A stretch of DNA of 20,000 nucleotides from an uncultured virus (IMG/VR IMGVR_UViG_3300028832_000124) (lineage: Duplodnaviria > Heunggongvirae > Uroviricota > Caudoviricetes): IMG/VR virus record IMGVR_UViG_3300028832_000124; one strand, given 5' to 3'. Below the pieces are notes generated by a model. The model did no database searches. It was not told the DNA's origin and saw only the letters and a program-made list of their open reading frames with translations. Each line of letters opens with the position of its first letter. Position 1 is the stretch's first letter. A program made the position numbers and the translations under genes. This document shows positions 8,684 to 16,593 of the stretch, piece after piece.

Positions 8684-9019
8684 ATGGAAAATAATGCAGT
8701 AAAGAATGATGCTCTACGCATCCATGAAGTGACAGGCCGACCAATGGCTGAATGTGAAGAGCAGGCACAGCAGATTGCTGATTGTGTACGCGAAATGTGC
8801 AATCGAGTGGTTGAGTTCTTTTATCTCAAGAAGGATGGCACCACACGCCAAGCATTCGGTACGCTCCAGCAGGAAGTTGTGATTGCTCATGTGACAGCTG
8901 ACTCCATGAGAGAGCCAAAGCCTGACCTCGTAACGTATTTCGACACTGAGGCGCAGGCATGGCGTTCCTTCAAGAAAGTCAACTTCAAGAGCTTTGTAAA
9001 GATGGAGCCACAAGCATGA
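8684..9019 (+). CDS. WYL_2/DUF2693-like Sm/SH3 beta-barrel protein
   Basis: VVEFFYLKKDGTTRQAFGTL...LVTYFDTEAQAWRSFKKVN is the characteristic signature of this family. Confidence 0.75.
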   Translation: MENNAVKNDALRIHEVTGRPMAECEEQAQQIADCVREMCNRVVEFFYLKKDGTTRQAFGTLQQEVVIAHVTADSMREPKPDLVTYFDTEAQAWRSFKKVNFKSFVKMEPQA

Positions 9020-9153
9020 CGAATATCGCGAAATATGCTTGGTGTCTCTTCCTTGCAGCCCTGACGTTTGGCATCTGGACGTTCCCAATCCTAATCGTCT
9101 TGGTCCTCGTCAATCTCTATCTTATCAAAAAGCATCCCGAATGGTACAAATGA
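9016..9153 (+). CDS. Small hydrophobic membrane peptide, 45 aa
   Basis: MTNIAKYAWCLFLAALTFGIWTFPILIVLVLVNLYLIKKHPEWYK; ATGA overlap with the previous gene; followed by a motif. Confidence 0.6.
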   Translation: MTNIAKYAWCLFLAALTFGIWTFPILIVLVLVNLYLIKKHPEWYK

Positions 9154-9212
9154 AGTCTCAAGCCGTGCAAAGGACACGGCACCATTTATTAACCCCTAAA
9201 ATGTAGTGAATT

Positions 9213-10127
9213 ATGAAAAAAGAAAAGAACATTTGCGTAGAAGAAGTTGCCAAAGTTCCTGTTGTTAAGTACTACTTTTACAGGAAAGACACGAATGGCT
9301 ATCTGAAAACGGATGGTGGGCTTGTTTATGTGACTGTCTCTGCTATCAGCATTGACTTCAAGAAACAGCTCTTAGTAACGACGCTCACAGACAAGAGCGG
9401 CAAGGAGTATCTGAAAGAAGGTAAATTCTCTCTTTATGCAAGTCCAGAGGCGTACGAAGCTGACGATCCAATGAGAATGATTGTGTATCAGACGTGGGAA
9501 CTTCTTAAGTTTGCCGATTGGGGCCGACTGACTGATTGCGCTGTTGGTATTGTTGACGAGGAAGAAGGCAAGCAATCCTGTTATATCAAGGTATGGATAT
9601 TCGAGGATGGTGGTGCAAAAGAAATTCCCGTTGTCATCAACTCCATTGCCTGCGACACGTACGAGAAATGGCACTTGACCGACGGCAACATTCCTGTGAA
9701 GATGTGGGAAACCAGAGCTGACGCATACGCCTTCAACGAATATCAGATTACTGATAGTGACGGCGAGGTGTTCACTGAGGAAGGATTTCAGAAAAGACTT
9801 GGCCTGACCCCTGCACAATGGGTTATCCTCAAGCAGATGAAGGTACTCTTCGACAAAGCAACGGATGCAGGCATCAAGTTCATTTGGGACCGAGAGTATG
9901 CCGGAAACATCAAGGCTGTGAATCTTCTGAACGTCCACGACTACGGCTACGACCAACAGGCATTCCAAGGTGGTGACAACATTCAGTTCAAGCAGGTTGT
10001 TTTCGCTGACACTGGCATCAACTTCTACGATTACAACTCCGACGATGCTGACAGGGAAACGTTCGCCCTCAATCCAACAGCACGTCAGCAAAAGGAATGG
10101 CTCAAAGCCACTCAAGGTAACGAGTAG
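9213..10127 (+). CDS. Hypothetical protein
   Basis: 304-aa ORF bracketed by motifs; no family recognised. Confidence 0.8.
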   Translation: MKKEKNICVEEVAKVPVVKYYFYRKDTNGYLKTDGGLVYVTVSAISIDFKKQLLVTTLTDKSGKEYLKEGKFSLYASPEAYEADDPMRMIVYQTWELLKFADWGRLTDCAVGIVDEEEGKQSCYIKVWIFEDGGAKEIPVVINSIACDTYEKWHLTDGNIPVKMWETRADAYAFNEYQITDSDGEVFTEEGFQKRLGLTPAQWVILKQMKVLFDKATDAGIKFIWDREYAGNIKAVNLLNVHDYGYDQQAFQGGDNIQFKQVVFADTGINFYDYNSDDADRETFALNPTARQQKEWLKATQGNE

Positions 10128-10177
10128 TCTTTCTCCCTGCTTGCATGCAGGGAACAACAAACCAACTACACAAGATT

Positions 10178-10696
10178 ATGGCAAAGTTAAACGTCTATTC
10201 ATTTGCCGACTATAACTCTGTCCGTTTCCTCGCCCATCAAGTGAAGGATGGTAATGACAGTAGTATCAGTCGTGCAGCTCGTTACATGGCGCATCTTGTG
10301 TCGTGTATCGCTGACGAGCGATGTGTTATCATTCCTGTGCCTGGTCGTACAGGTGTCGCTCTCTACACAAAGGTTCTTGCCGAGCGTATCTCTGAGCTAA
10401 CGGGTGTACGTGTCGTGGACTGCCTAAAGTGCAAGCCACACATGACTCAGTATCTCCGCAAGATACGCTATGGACTTGACAGCATGCGTCCGATGGATTT
10501 CTCCATCACTCAGGACATTCCCTCAGACGTTATCCCTATTCTCATTGATAACGTTCTTGACACGGGAACTACTATTGTGTCAGCCATGCAGGCATTAAAC
10601 CGAACACTCTACGCTGTTGTGCTGGGCAATACGCACAACTTCCAGCATTTCAATTATCCTATCAACCTCTACGAACAGTCTCTTGCTCTCCAGTAA
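10178..10696 (+). CDS. Type I phosphoribosyltransferase-fold protein (ComF-like)
   Basis: IIPVPG and the PRPP-binding loop ILIDNVLDTGTTIVSA; start reassigned to ATG 10178. Confidence 0.75.
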   Translation: MAKLNVYSFADYNSVRFLAHQVKDGNDSSISRAARYMAHLVSCIADERCVIIPVPGRTGVALYTKVLAERISELTGVRVVDCLKCKPHMTQYLRKIRYGLDSMRPMDFSITQDIPSDVIPILIDNVLDTGTTIVSAMQALNRTLYAVVLGNTHNFQHFNYPINLYEQSLALQ

Positions 10697-10734
10697 TATG
10701 GAGAGTGCTATTAACCCATAAAATTATCAAGAAT

Positions 10735-11061
10735 ATGACAAAGATTACCTACAATGAGCAAGAACTTCGCCTTGTGCAGTCTCGCTATCAGAACAACAAT
10801 GCGCTCTACGTTGGACTCGTTGACAATGATGGAGAGTTTTATGCAGATGTGACGGTCAACATGCCCATCAGCAGCACTATGCCGACTGACTGCGCTTTCG
10901 TTGACACAAACAATCTCTCTTGGAAAATCATCGAAGTGTTGACGGATGCAGGTGTTGTGACACCTATCCATCAGACATGCAGAAGTGGTTTCTATCAGTA
11001 TCATGCTTTCCGCTTTCAGAATCTCTGGGATATTGATGACATCACAGCAGCGATCAACTAA
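10735..11061 (+). CDS. DUF4313-like protein
   Basis: YQNNNALYVGL...YADVTVN...AFVDTNN...SGFYQY pattern; start at ATG 10735. Confidence 0.65.
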   Translation: MTKITYNEQELRLVQSRYQNNNALYVGLVDNDGEFYADVTVNMPISSTMPTDCAFVDTNNLSWKIIEVLTDAGVVTPIHQTCRSGFYQYHAFRFQNLWDIDDITAAIN

Positions 11062-11263
11062 GTACGAAGCCGTCTGCGAGTCAGGGAATACGGATGCTGA
11101 CACCATCATGAAGTTTCCTGACCGTGAATCAGCAGAAATGTTCTGTCAGATTTGGCGTGCCTCGCATCCTGGCACCCATGCTTGGGTACGAGAGACACAG
11201 CACCGCCACATGGAGCACAACACGCTTGGCAGTTCCGTAATGACGGTAGACCTCTACGATTAG
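11036..11263 (+). CDS. Small hypothetical protein (start uncertain)
   Basis: In frame with track ORF 10985..11263; TAG overlaps a degenerate GCCT motif. Confidence 0.5.
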   Translation: MTSQQRSTKYEAVCESGNTDADTIMKFPDRESAEMFCQIWRASHPGTHAWVRETQHRHMEHNTLGSSVMTVDLYD

Positions 11264-11324
11264 CCTCAGTGTGCAGCGTGATTTTTGTCACGCTGTTCCC
11301 AATAACCCCTAAATACATCAGAAT

Positions 11325-11861
11325 ATGAATGAATACAAACCAATCTTCACCTGCTATGAAGAAATCAAGCAGCGTGAAATCAGAGAATTGAAGGATGCGG
11401 TACGAGCAGCGAGAGGGCAGTATGTCTTCCAAAAGGATAAGCATCCGTATGTGATGTGCAACCTCGACTCTGGCCCGTGTGACCTACGTGTTGACAGCGT
11501 AGAGATACAGAACATTTCAGATGTAGATGTACTGGTCATCTTTGGCTACGACGAGCAGGCAGGGCAGGCGGTTGAAATCTCTCTTGAGGATATTGCTTAC
11601 AGCCATATCTCGTTTATCACTGAGGCTATTCCTGTCCGCAAGTTCACACAATCTTCATTCTCTATCTCTCGCCTCAGCCGTGAGGACCTCGAAGAGAAAG
11701 GCTTCGACACGTCAGACGTGGATGACAAGACGATGGAAAAACTGGCTTCTAAGCTGGGTGATGACTATTGCGAACAGCTCTTTTGGGAATCTCTTGAAAT
11801 CATTGCCGAATCTATGGGTATTCCTCGCAAAGAGGACTACGAAGAGGATGATGACGAATAG
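11325..11861 (+). CDS. Acidic hypothetical protein
   Basis: 178 aa; C-terminal SREDLEEKGFD...LASKLGDDYCEQLFWESL segment and acidic tail. Confidence 0.8.
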   Translation: MNEYKPIFTCYEEIKQREIRELKDAVRAARGQYVFQKDKHPYVMCNLDSGPCDLRVDSVEIQNISDVDVLVIFGYDEQAGQAVEISLEDIAYSHISFITEAIPVRKFTQSSFSISRLSREDLEEKGFDTSDVDDKTMEKLASKLGDDYCEQLFWESLEIIAESMGIPRKEDYEEDDDE

Positions 11862-11863
11862 CT

Positions 11864-12073
11864 ATGTCCACCATCCGCTTGCAGCTCATTAAGGGCTTCT
11901 TCTATCCGACGGATGCAGACAGCCGTAAGATTCTCGAAGAGAGTGTGCGACTTGACCGCATCCCACTTGAACGAATAGACGTGGTATCTCCCAAACTTGT
12001 GAAAGCTGGTCATGCTCTGGCTATCACAGGCTGGGACCCACCGCCTGTTCCCGTGCGCTTTTCGTCTCTTTAG
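11864..12073 (+). CDS. Small hypothetical protein
   Basis: 69-aa ORF starting 2 bp after the previous stop and ending inside a motif. Confidence 0.6.
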   Translation: MSTIRLQLIKGFFYPTDADSRKILEESVRLDRIPLERIDVVSPKLVKAGHALAITGWDPPPVPVRFSSL

Positions 12074-12123
12074 CCGTAAGAAATTTACGGCACTACTTAA
12101 CCCCTTAAAAGAAAGGATTGAAT

Positions 12124-13035
12124 ATGAGTCAAAACAATGTTTATCAGATGGTAACTGACCGCATCGTGGCACAGCTGGAGCAGGGTCTTATCCCTTGGCA
12201 TAAGCCGTGGACGGGCGTAGGTATTGAAGATGGTGGAGCTGTCAACTATGTCAGCCGAAAACCCTACAGCATGCTGAATCAGATGCTTCTTGGACGCGAG
12301 GGAGAATATCTCACCTTCAAGCAGATCAAGGAGCGTGGAGGTAGTATCAAGAAGGGAGCAAAAGCTGGTGTCGTTGTATTCTTCACCACTACGACCTACA
12401 CCAAGCGCGAGGAAGTGCAGGAAGATGGCTCTACTGAGACTGTCAGTGTCATGAAAGAACACCTCATGCCTGTACTCAAGTACTACAACGTCTTTCACAT
12501 AGACGATTGTGAGGGTATCGAGAGTAAGATTAAGGTTGAAGAGGATGCTGGACCGAAGATTTCTACCATCGAGTCAGCCGAGAAGGTTCTGAACGGCTAC
12601 GTCGAACGAGAGAAAGAACTGCAGTTCCGCAACAATATACCGACTGACCGGGCCTACTATTCTCCGACGCTCGACCTTATCTCAGTTCCTATGCTCTCTC
12701 AGTACGAGATTGCGGAAGAGTATTACTCGACCACGTTCCACGAAGCGATTCACTCTACCATGCCAGAGAATCGTTGCAACCGCAAATCTGAGCAGAAACT
12801 TGCTGCCTTTGGTAGCGAGGATTATTCTCGCGAGGAACTTGTGGCCGAGATTGGCTCTGCCATGCTCTGCAACAATGTTGGCATCGACTGCGAGAAAGCT
12901 TTCAAGAACTCTGTAGCCTATATCCAGGGATGGCTTAAGAAGCTCAAGAACGACAACCGAATGATTGTCTGGGCTGCATCCCGTGCTGAGAAGGCTGCAA
13001 AGTACATTCTTGGTGAGCCAATCACTACTGAGTAG
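12124..13035 (+). CDS. ardC: ArdC-family antirestriction/ssDNA-binding protein with zincin-like metallopeptidase domain
   Basis: N-terminal VYQMVTDRIVAQLEQGLIPWHKPW; YYSTTFHEAIHST (HExxH) and YSREELVAEIGSA. Confidence 0.9.
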   Translation: MSQNNVYQMVTDRIVAQLEQGLIPWHKPWTGVGIEDGGAVNYVSRKPYSMLNQMLLGREGEYLTFKQIKERGGSIKKGAKAGVVVFFTTTTYTKREEVQEDGSTETVSVMKEHLMPVLKYYNVFHIDDCEGIESKIKVEEDAGPKISTIESAEKVLNGYVEREKELQFRNNIPTDRAYYSPTLDLISVPMLSQYEIAEEYYSTTFHEAIHSTMPENRCNRKSEQKLAAFGSEDYSREELVAEIGSAMLCNNVGIDCEKAFKNSVAYIQGWLKKLKNDNRMIVWAASRAEKAAKYILGEPITTE

Positions 13036-13091
13036 TCTATCTTTCCCAATGTGTAAGGCATTGGGAACTATAAACCAAACAATATCAGAAT

Positions 13092-13790
13092 ATGGAAAGA
13101 ACATTTTTACCCGTAAACTGTTGGGCAGCGGAAGATATTCCGTCCAACAAACTGATTGAGGGCAACCCTCAGAACATGAGTAATGCGGAATTGCTCTCTA
13201 TCATCATTGGCACTGGCTCCGATAAGGAGAATAGTGTAGAACTTGCACGTCGCATCCTTCTGACCTGTGACAACAAGCTTTCAGAACTGGCTAAGAAGTG
13301 CAACAATCCCAACAATCTCACCTACATGCGTGGCGTGGGCAAGCAGAAAACGGCTAAGATTATAGCAGCTCTCGAGCTTGGCAAGCGTCGCCAGCATGAG
13401 CAGGCCACCGAACGGCCCGAACTCAAAACGGCAGTACGAGTCTATAACATGATGGCTCCTATCATGCAGGATTTGGAAAAGGAAGAGTTTTGGGTGCTTC
13501 TCATGGGGCAGCACTTCAAGCTGATAAAGAAGTTCCGGCTGTCACAGGGTGGTATCTCTGAGGTGTCCGTGGATATTCGCATCATCATGAAGGAAGCGGT
13601 TCTGAATAACGCCACCGTCTTGGCTGTCTGTCATAACCATCCCTCTGGCTCACTGAGTCCGAGCAAATGTGATGACGATATAACGTTCAGCCTCAAGAAA
13701 GCCTGTGACGTTATGCGCATCTATCTCAGCGATCATGTCATCATAACTGATGGCGCATACTACAGCTATCGCGAGCAGGGAAGAATCTGA
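13092..13790 (+). CDS. radC: RadC-family JAB/MPN domain protein
   Basis: ELLSIIIGTG, HhH-like GVGKQK, EEFWVLL, JAB motif HNHPSG...S..D, DHVII. Confidence 0.9.
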   Translation: MERTFLPVNCWAAEDIPSNKLIEGNPQNMSNAELLSIIIGTGSDKENSVELARRILLTCDNKLSELAKKCNNPNNLTYMRGVGKQKTAKIIAALELGKRRQHEQATERPELKTAVRVYNMMAPIMQDLEKEEFWVLLMGQHFKLIKKFRLSQGGISEVSVDIRIIMKEAVLNNATVLAVCHNHPSGSLSPSKCDDDITFSLKKACDVMRIYLSDHVIITDGAYYSYREQGRI

Positions 13791-13810
13791 CCAACAAATG
13801 ACCAACAATT

Positions 13811-14026
13811 ATGTTATACACCGACGTTCAAGCTCAGGAACTCGTAGGGCAGGTTCTCGAATCTCTCAACGAGGATGGCCGTTATCCTCTCCATGAGGGA
13901 GATATGGGCTACTACAAGAATGCCAATGGAATCTGGACGGCTTGGGATAATTCTACAGGCGACTGCTGGGTAGAGGATTTCAAGACCCGAAAGGAGGCCA
14001 TTGAATGGTTAGGAAATGTTAATTAG
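13811..14026 (+). CDS. Small conserved phage-type hypothetical protein
   Basis: 71 aa; WTAWDNSTGDCWVEDFKTRKEAIEWL; TAG overlaps the last GTCT motif. Confidence 0.7.
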   Translation: MLYTDVQAQELVGQVLESLNEDGRYPLHEGDMGYYKNANGIWTAWDNSTGDCWVEDFKTRKEAIEWLGNVN

Positions 14027-14062
14027 TCTTTTTATCCTGCATGACATTTGCCGTGCAGGATG

Positions 14063-14190
14063 CAACTCACACAGCAACTCACACACTGATTCACACAGTA
14101 ATTCACACACTTAACGCATTGTGTATCAGATAGTTAATGTAAAACCTCACACACCAATTCACACAGCGATTCACACACCAACTCACACAA
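14063..14190 (+). repeat. Eight 12-bp direct repeats (core TCACACA) in two blocks of four
   Basis: CAACTCACACAG CAACTCACACAC TGATTCACACAG TAATTCACACAC, 32-bp spacer, AACCTCACACAC CAATTCACACAG CGATTCACACAC CAACTCACACAA. Confidence 0.9.
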
Positions 14191-14351
14191 TCGCGCGTGT
14201 GTATATAAAGGTACGTGCGCGTTTATAGTTATTATATAAATATATATATTCTACCAGTATATATATAACTGTGCAAAAATGGCTTTTTGTCTCTGATGTT
14301 AAAAATTCAGAAAACATCCTATATTATAAACCAAATTATTAATTTTGCAAT

Positions 14352-15299
14352 ATGAAAGAATTAAGAGGTCTCAGTTTAGACCAAAACAAGAAGTTCAAGT
14401 TCGCTATAGAATGCGGATATTTGGACGATTGGGAAACTGACCCACGAAAATGGAAACATACTTTCGTAGGTGCTTTCCTATGGAAATATCCCTCAAGGGT
14501 TAAAATCCTGAATATCCTCAAGGATATTATAGGTAACATACCTACGTGGGGTGACTTGAATGACGAGACATTACGCGACCTCGTAGATGAACTGATAGAG
14601 CAGGGCCTTGCCACGTCATCCATCAGAACGATGTGTGCAGAGCTGAAAGTGGTGCTCAATGAGAATGTGAAGAAAGTACCATGCGACAGCTTCCAGAAGA
14701 TATTGTCTGTGAAAGGGTCTGCAACAAAGCCAGTCTATCTGACGAGCAGCGAAATGGAACTCCTTCTTGCTTTCAAGCCTCGTACAGAGACAGAACACTA
14801 CGTACACCGTAACTTCTGCGTCTCTATGCTCACCGGAGCAAGGCTTGTAGACACATTGAAGCTAACCATCAGTAATTGTGACATTGAAACAAACATGCTG
14901 TCATACATTCCTCAGAAGACTCCTGGCATTGTCGTACACGTTCCCGTCGATGAACGGCACCACCTGCGAACGTTCCTTGCAGATATACCAAAGAACGACA
15001 GGTGCCTTGATACGTACAACGAGGTCATACGACGCATCTGTGAGCTTGTTGGCATTGACACGGTATGTAATGCCGTCAAGGCAGGAAAGGACGTGACAGC
15101 ACCAAAGTATCAGCTTGTCAGCTCGCATACAGCACGTCGCTCCTTTGCGACGAATCTCTATATAGCTGGCGTGTCGCTTGAGGACATATCCATGATGATG
15201 GGCCACGGCAAGAATATCGAGACAACAAAACGATATATCTGTGCAGAGCGTGCGCTGAATCCAAATGTCATGTCATACTTCCAGCAGCCAGCCGAATAG
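14352..15299 (+). CDS. Tyrosine recombinase lacking a recognisable arm-binding domain
   Basis: Catalytic set present: TGARLVD (R), SSHTARRSFATNLY (HxxR), MMGH, TTKRY (Y). Confidence 0.9.
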   Translation: MKELRGLSLDQNKKFKFAIECGYLDDWETDPRKWKHTFVGAFLWKYPSRVKILNILKDIIGNIPTWGDLNDETLRDLVDELIEQGLATSSIRTMCAELKVVLNENVKKVPCDSFQKILSVKGSATKPVYLTSSEMELLLAFKPRTETEHYVHRNFCVSMLTGARLVDTLKLTISNCDIETNMLSYIPQKTPGIVVHVPVDERHHLRTFLADIPKNDRCLDTYNEVIRRICELVGIDTVCNAVKAGKDVTAPKYQLVSSHTARRSFATNLYIAGVSLEDISMMMGHGKNIETTKRYICAERALNPNVMSYFQQPAE

Positions 15300-15346
15300 T
15301 TTCCTGCATTTCTTTCCTATTTGCGGTGTAGGAAACAATTTATTTT
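15299..15346. terminator. Probable terminator between the convergent recombinase genes
   Basis: GTTTCCTGCAT...GTGTAGGAAAC stem (with G-U pairs) followed by a T-rich tract. Confidence 0.45.
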
Positions 15347-15358
15347 CCTATTTCGGTC

Positions 15359-16591
15359 TCAAGGCAGGGCTTTCCCTGCCACAAAATCAACCACTCTTCT
15401 CACAGCATTGTCTATCTTACGCTGGTCATGGGCGATATAACGTGCCGTAACGCGCTTACTCCAAGAATGCCCGAGACACTGGCCGATAGTCTGCTCACTG
15501 ATGTCAAGGTCGTTGGCAGCTATTGATCCGAACGAGTAGCGTGCTGAATAGAGTGTGATGTCAGGACAGAGTGGGGCATACTCCATCTTTCGGAGCTTGC
15601 CTACTTTGTCCTTCACCTTCCAGCTTGGACCAACCTTCTGCAGAGCTTCGTTGGCTTGCTTTGCGAACGAGTGATAGTCGCTCCTGCAGTCCATGAAACT
15701 TGTCAGCCATCCTTCACGCGAAGGGTAGCGGTCAATGATTTCCTGCGCCTTTGGCAATACTGGCAGGGTGATGACACGAATCTTTGTCACACCTTCCTTA
15801 TTCGTTTTCTTTCTGATAAACGAGAGGTGGCCATCCTTGATGCAGTCAGCCTTGAGCGATAGCAGGTCAACAGGATTGATGCCTGCAAGGTAGAACGAGA
15901 GGAAAAAGAAGTCAACGTATGGCCGTTGCCACGACTCACACGGATAATCTCTGAGCCGTCTCAGGTCCTCAGCTGAAAGATTGTTGGGAACTGTCTCTTC
16001 CTCTCTGATGTGATAGTCCAGGAAAGGATAGTTTGTGGTCATTCCCTTGCGTCTGGCCCAATTAAACACGGCACGGATATTCCTCAGTTCCTTTGCCACG
16101 CCATTTATCTTCATGCCCTGTCTGATACAATGGTCATAGAACGAGTCCAGCCAGTCTTTTTCGATTGAAAAATCAGCGTTTCGATCGAACGATTCCACCT
16201 TTCGGGCTGTTATCCGATAGAGTACAGCCGTTTGTTCCCTTTTTGTGGCGGCGAACGATTGGATAGCATCTGACAGGGCGAACGGCTTGGCCTTCTTCTG
16301 AATGCCGAAAACCTCATTTAGAATGCGCTCCTTGAGTTCTTGGTTGCTCAGCCCTGCAATATCTCGTTCGAGACATAACGAGGTCACAGAGGCGAAATAT
16401 TTGCCCAATAGGATAGTCTTACGTTTCCAATCCCTATCAGACTTTGGAAACGACATTTCAACCAGCTTCTCACATGTGGTGATGCCAGTATTCACAAAAA
16501 ACCTGCCCTGCTTCGTACTGATGATGAAGTACACAGGGAAAGAGCCATCTTTGTTCGCTCTTGTTGTGTTTACATAAGGATAAATCTTCAT
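15359..16591 (-). CDS. int: Bacteroidetes-type site-specific integrase (arm-binding, SAM-like and catalytic domains)
   Basis: N-terminal RANKDGSFPVYF...TGI arm domain; LRNIRAVFNWA; GINPVDL, YSAR, LGH...VTARY; adjacent to the tRNA. Confidence 0.9.
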   Translation of the reverse strand: MKIYPYVNTTRANKDGSFPVYFIISTKQGRFFVNTGITTCEKLVEMSFPKSDRDWKRKTILLGKYFASVTSLCLERDIAGLSNQELKERILNEVFGIQKKAKPFALSDAIQSFAATKREQTAVLYRITARKVESFDRNADFSIEKDWLDSFYDHCIRQGMKINGVAKELRNIRAVFNWARRKGMTTNYPFLDYHIREEETVPNNLSAEDLRRLRDYPCESWQRPYVDFFFLSFYLAGINPVDLLSLKADCIKDGHLSFIRKKTNKEGVTKIRVITLPVLPKAQEIIDRYPSREGWLTSFMDCRSDYHSFAKQANEALQKVGPSWKVKDKVGKLRKMEYAPLCPDITLYSARYSFGSIAANDLDISEQTIGQCLGHSWSKRVTARYIAHDQRKIDNAVRRVVDFVAGKALP

Positions 16592-16593
16592 AC

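Larger units (their letters stand above)
5051..14065 (+). repeat. Dispersed family of about 17 intergenic bulged-hairpin motifs
   Basis: GTCT (or GCCT/GACT) starts at 5051, 5317, 5664, 5971, 6198, 6730, 7365, 7850, 8250, 8628, 9155, 10127, 10678, 11263, 12064, 13035 and 14026. Each is followed by a stem-loop and usually by RCWA and TTCACC/TAACC/AAACC. Confidence 0.85.

Noticed and set aside
9372..10160. 262-aa - strand ORF
   Set aside because: Antisense to the 304-aa gene that fits the operon and motif pattern.
13788..13808. TGACCAACAA tandem duplication after radC
   Set aside because: Only two copies; most simply a local duplication in the leader with no further support.
5317..14065. Intergenic hairpins as ordinary Rho-independent terminators
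   Set aside because: No U-tract follows the stems on either strand (the T-rich part is 5' of the stem on +), and the flanks carry conserved GTCT/RCWA sequence not expected of terminators.
5317..14065. Canonical integron attC sites or N4-type hairpin promoters
   Set aside because: No RYYYAAC/GTTRRRY boxes. Loop length is variable and G-T pairs favour the non-template strand, unlike N4 template-strand hairpins. Only the architectural analogy to integrons is kept.
14063..14190. CRISPR array
   Set aside because: Repeats are 12 bp and directly tandem, with no unique spacers and no cas genes.
15359..16591. Integrase as an inactivated pseudogene
   Set aside because: The ORF is intact, and N-for-R and YxxR variants are, to my knowledge, common in Bacteroidetes integrases; the second Arg, LGH and Tyr are retained.
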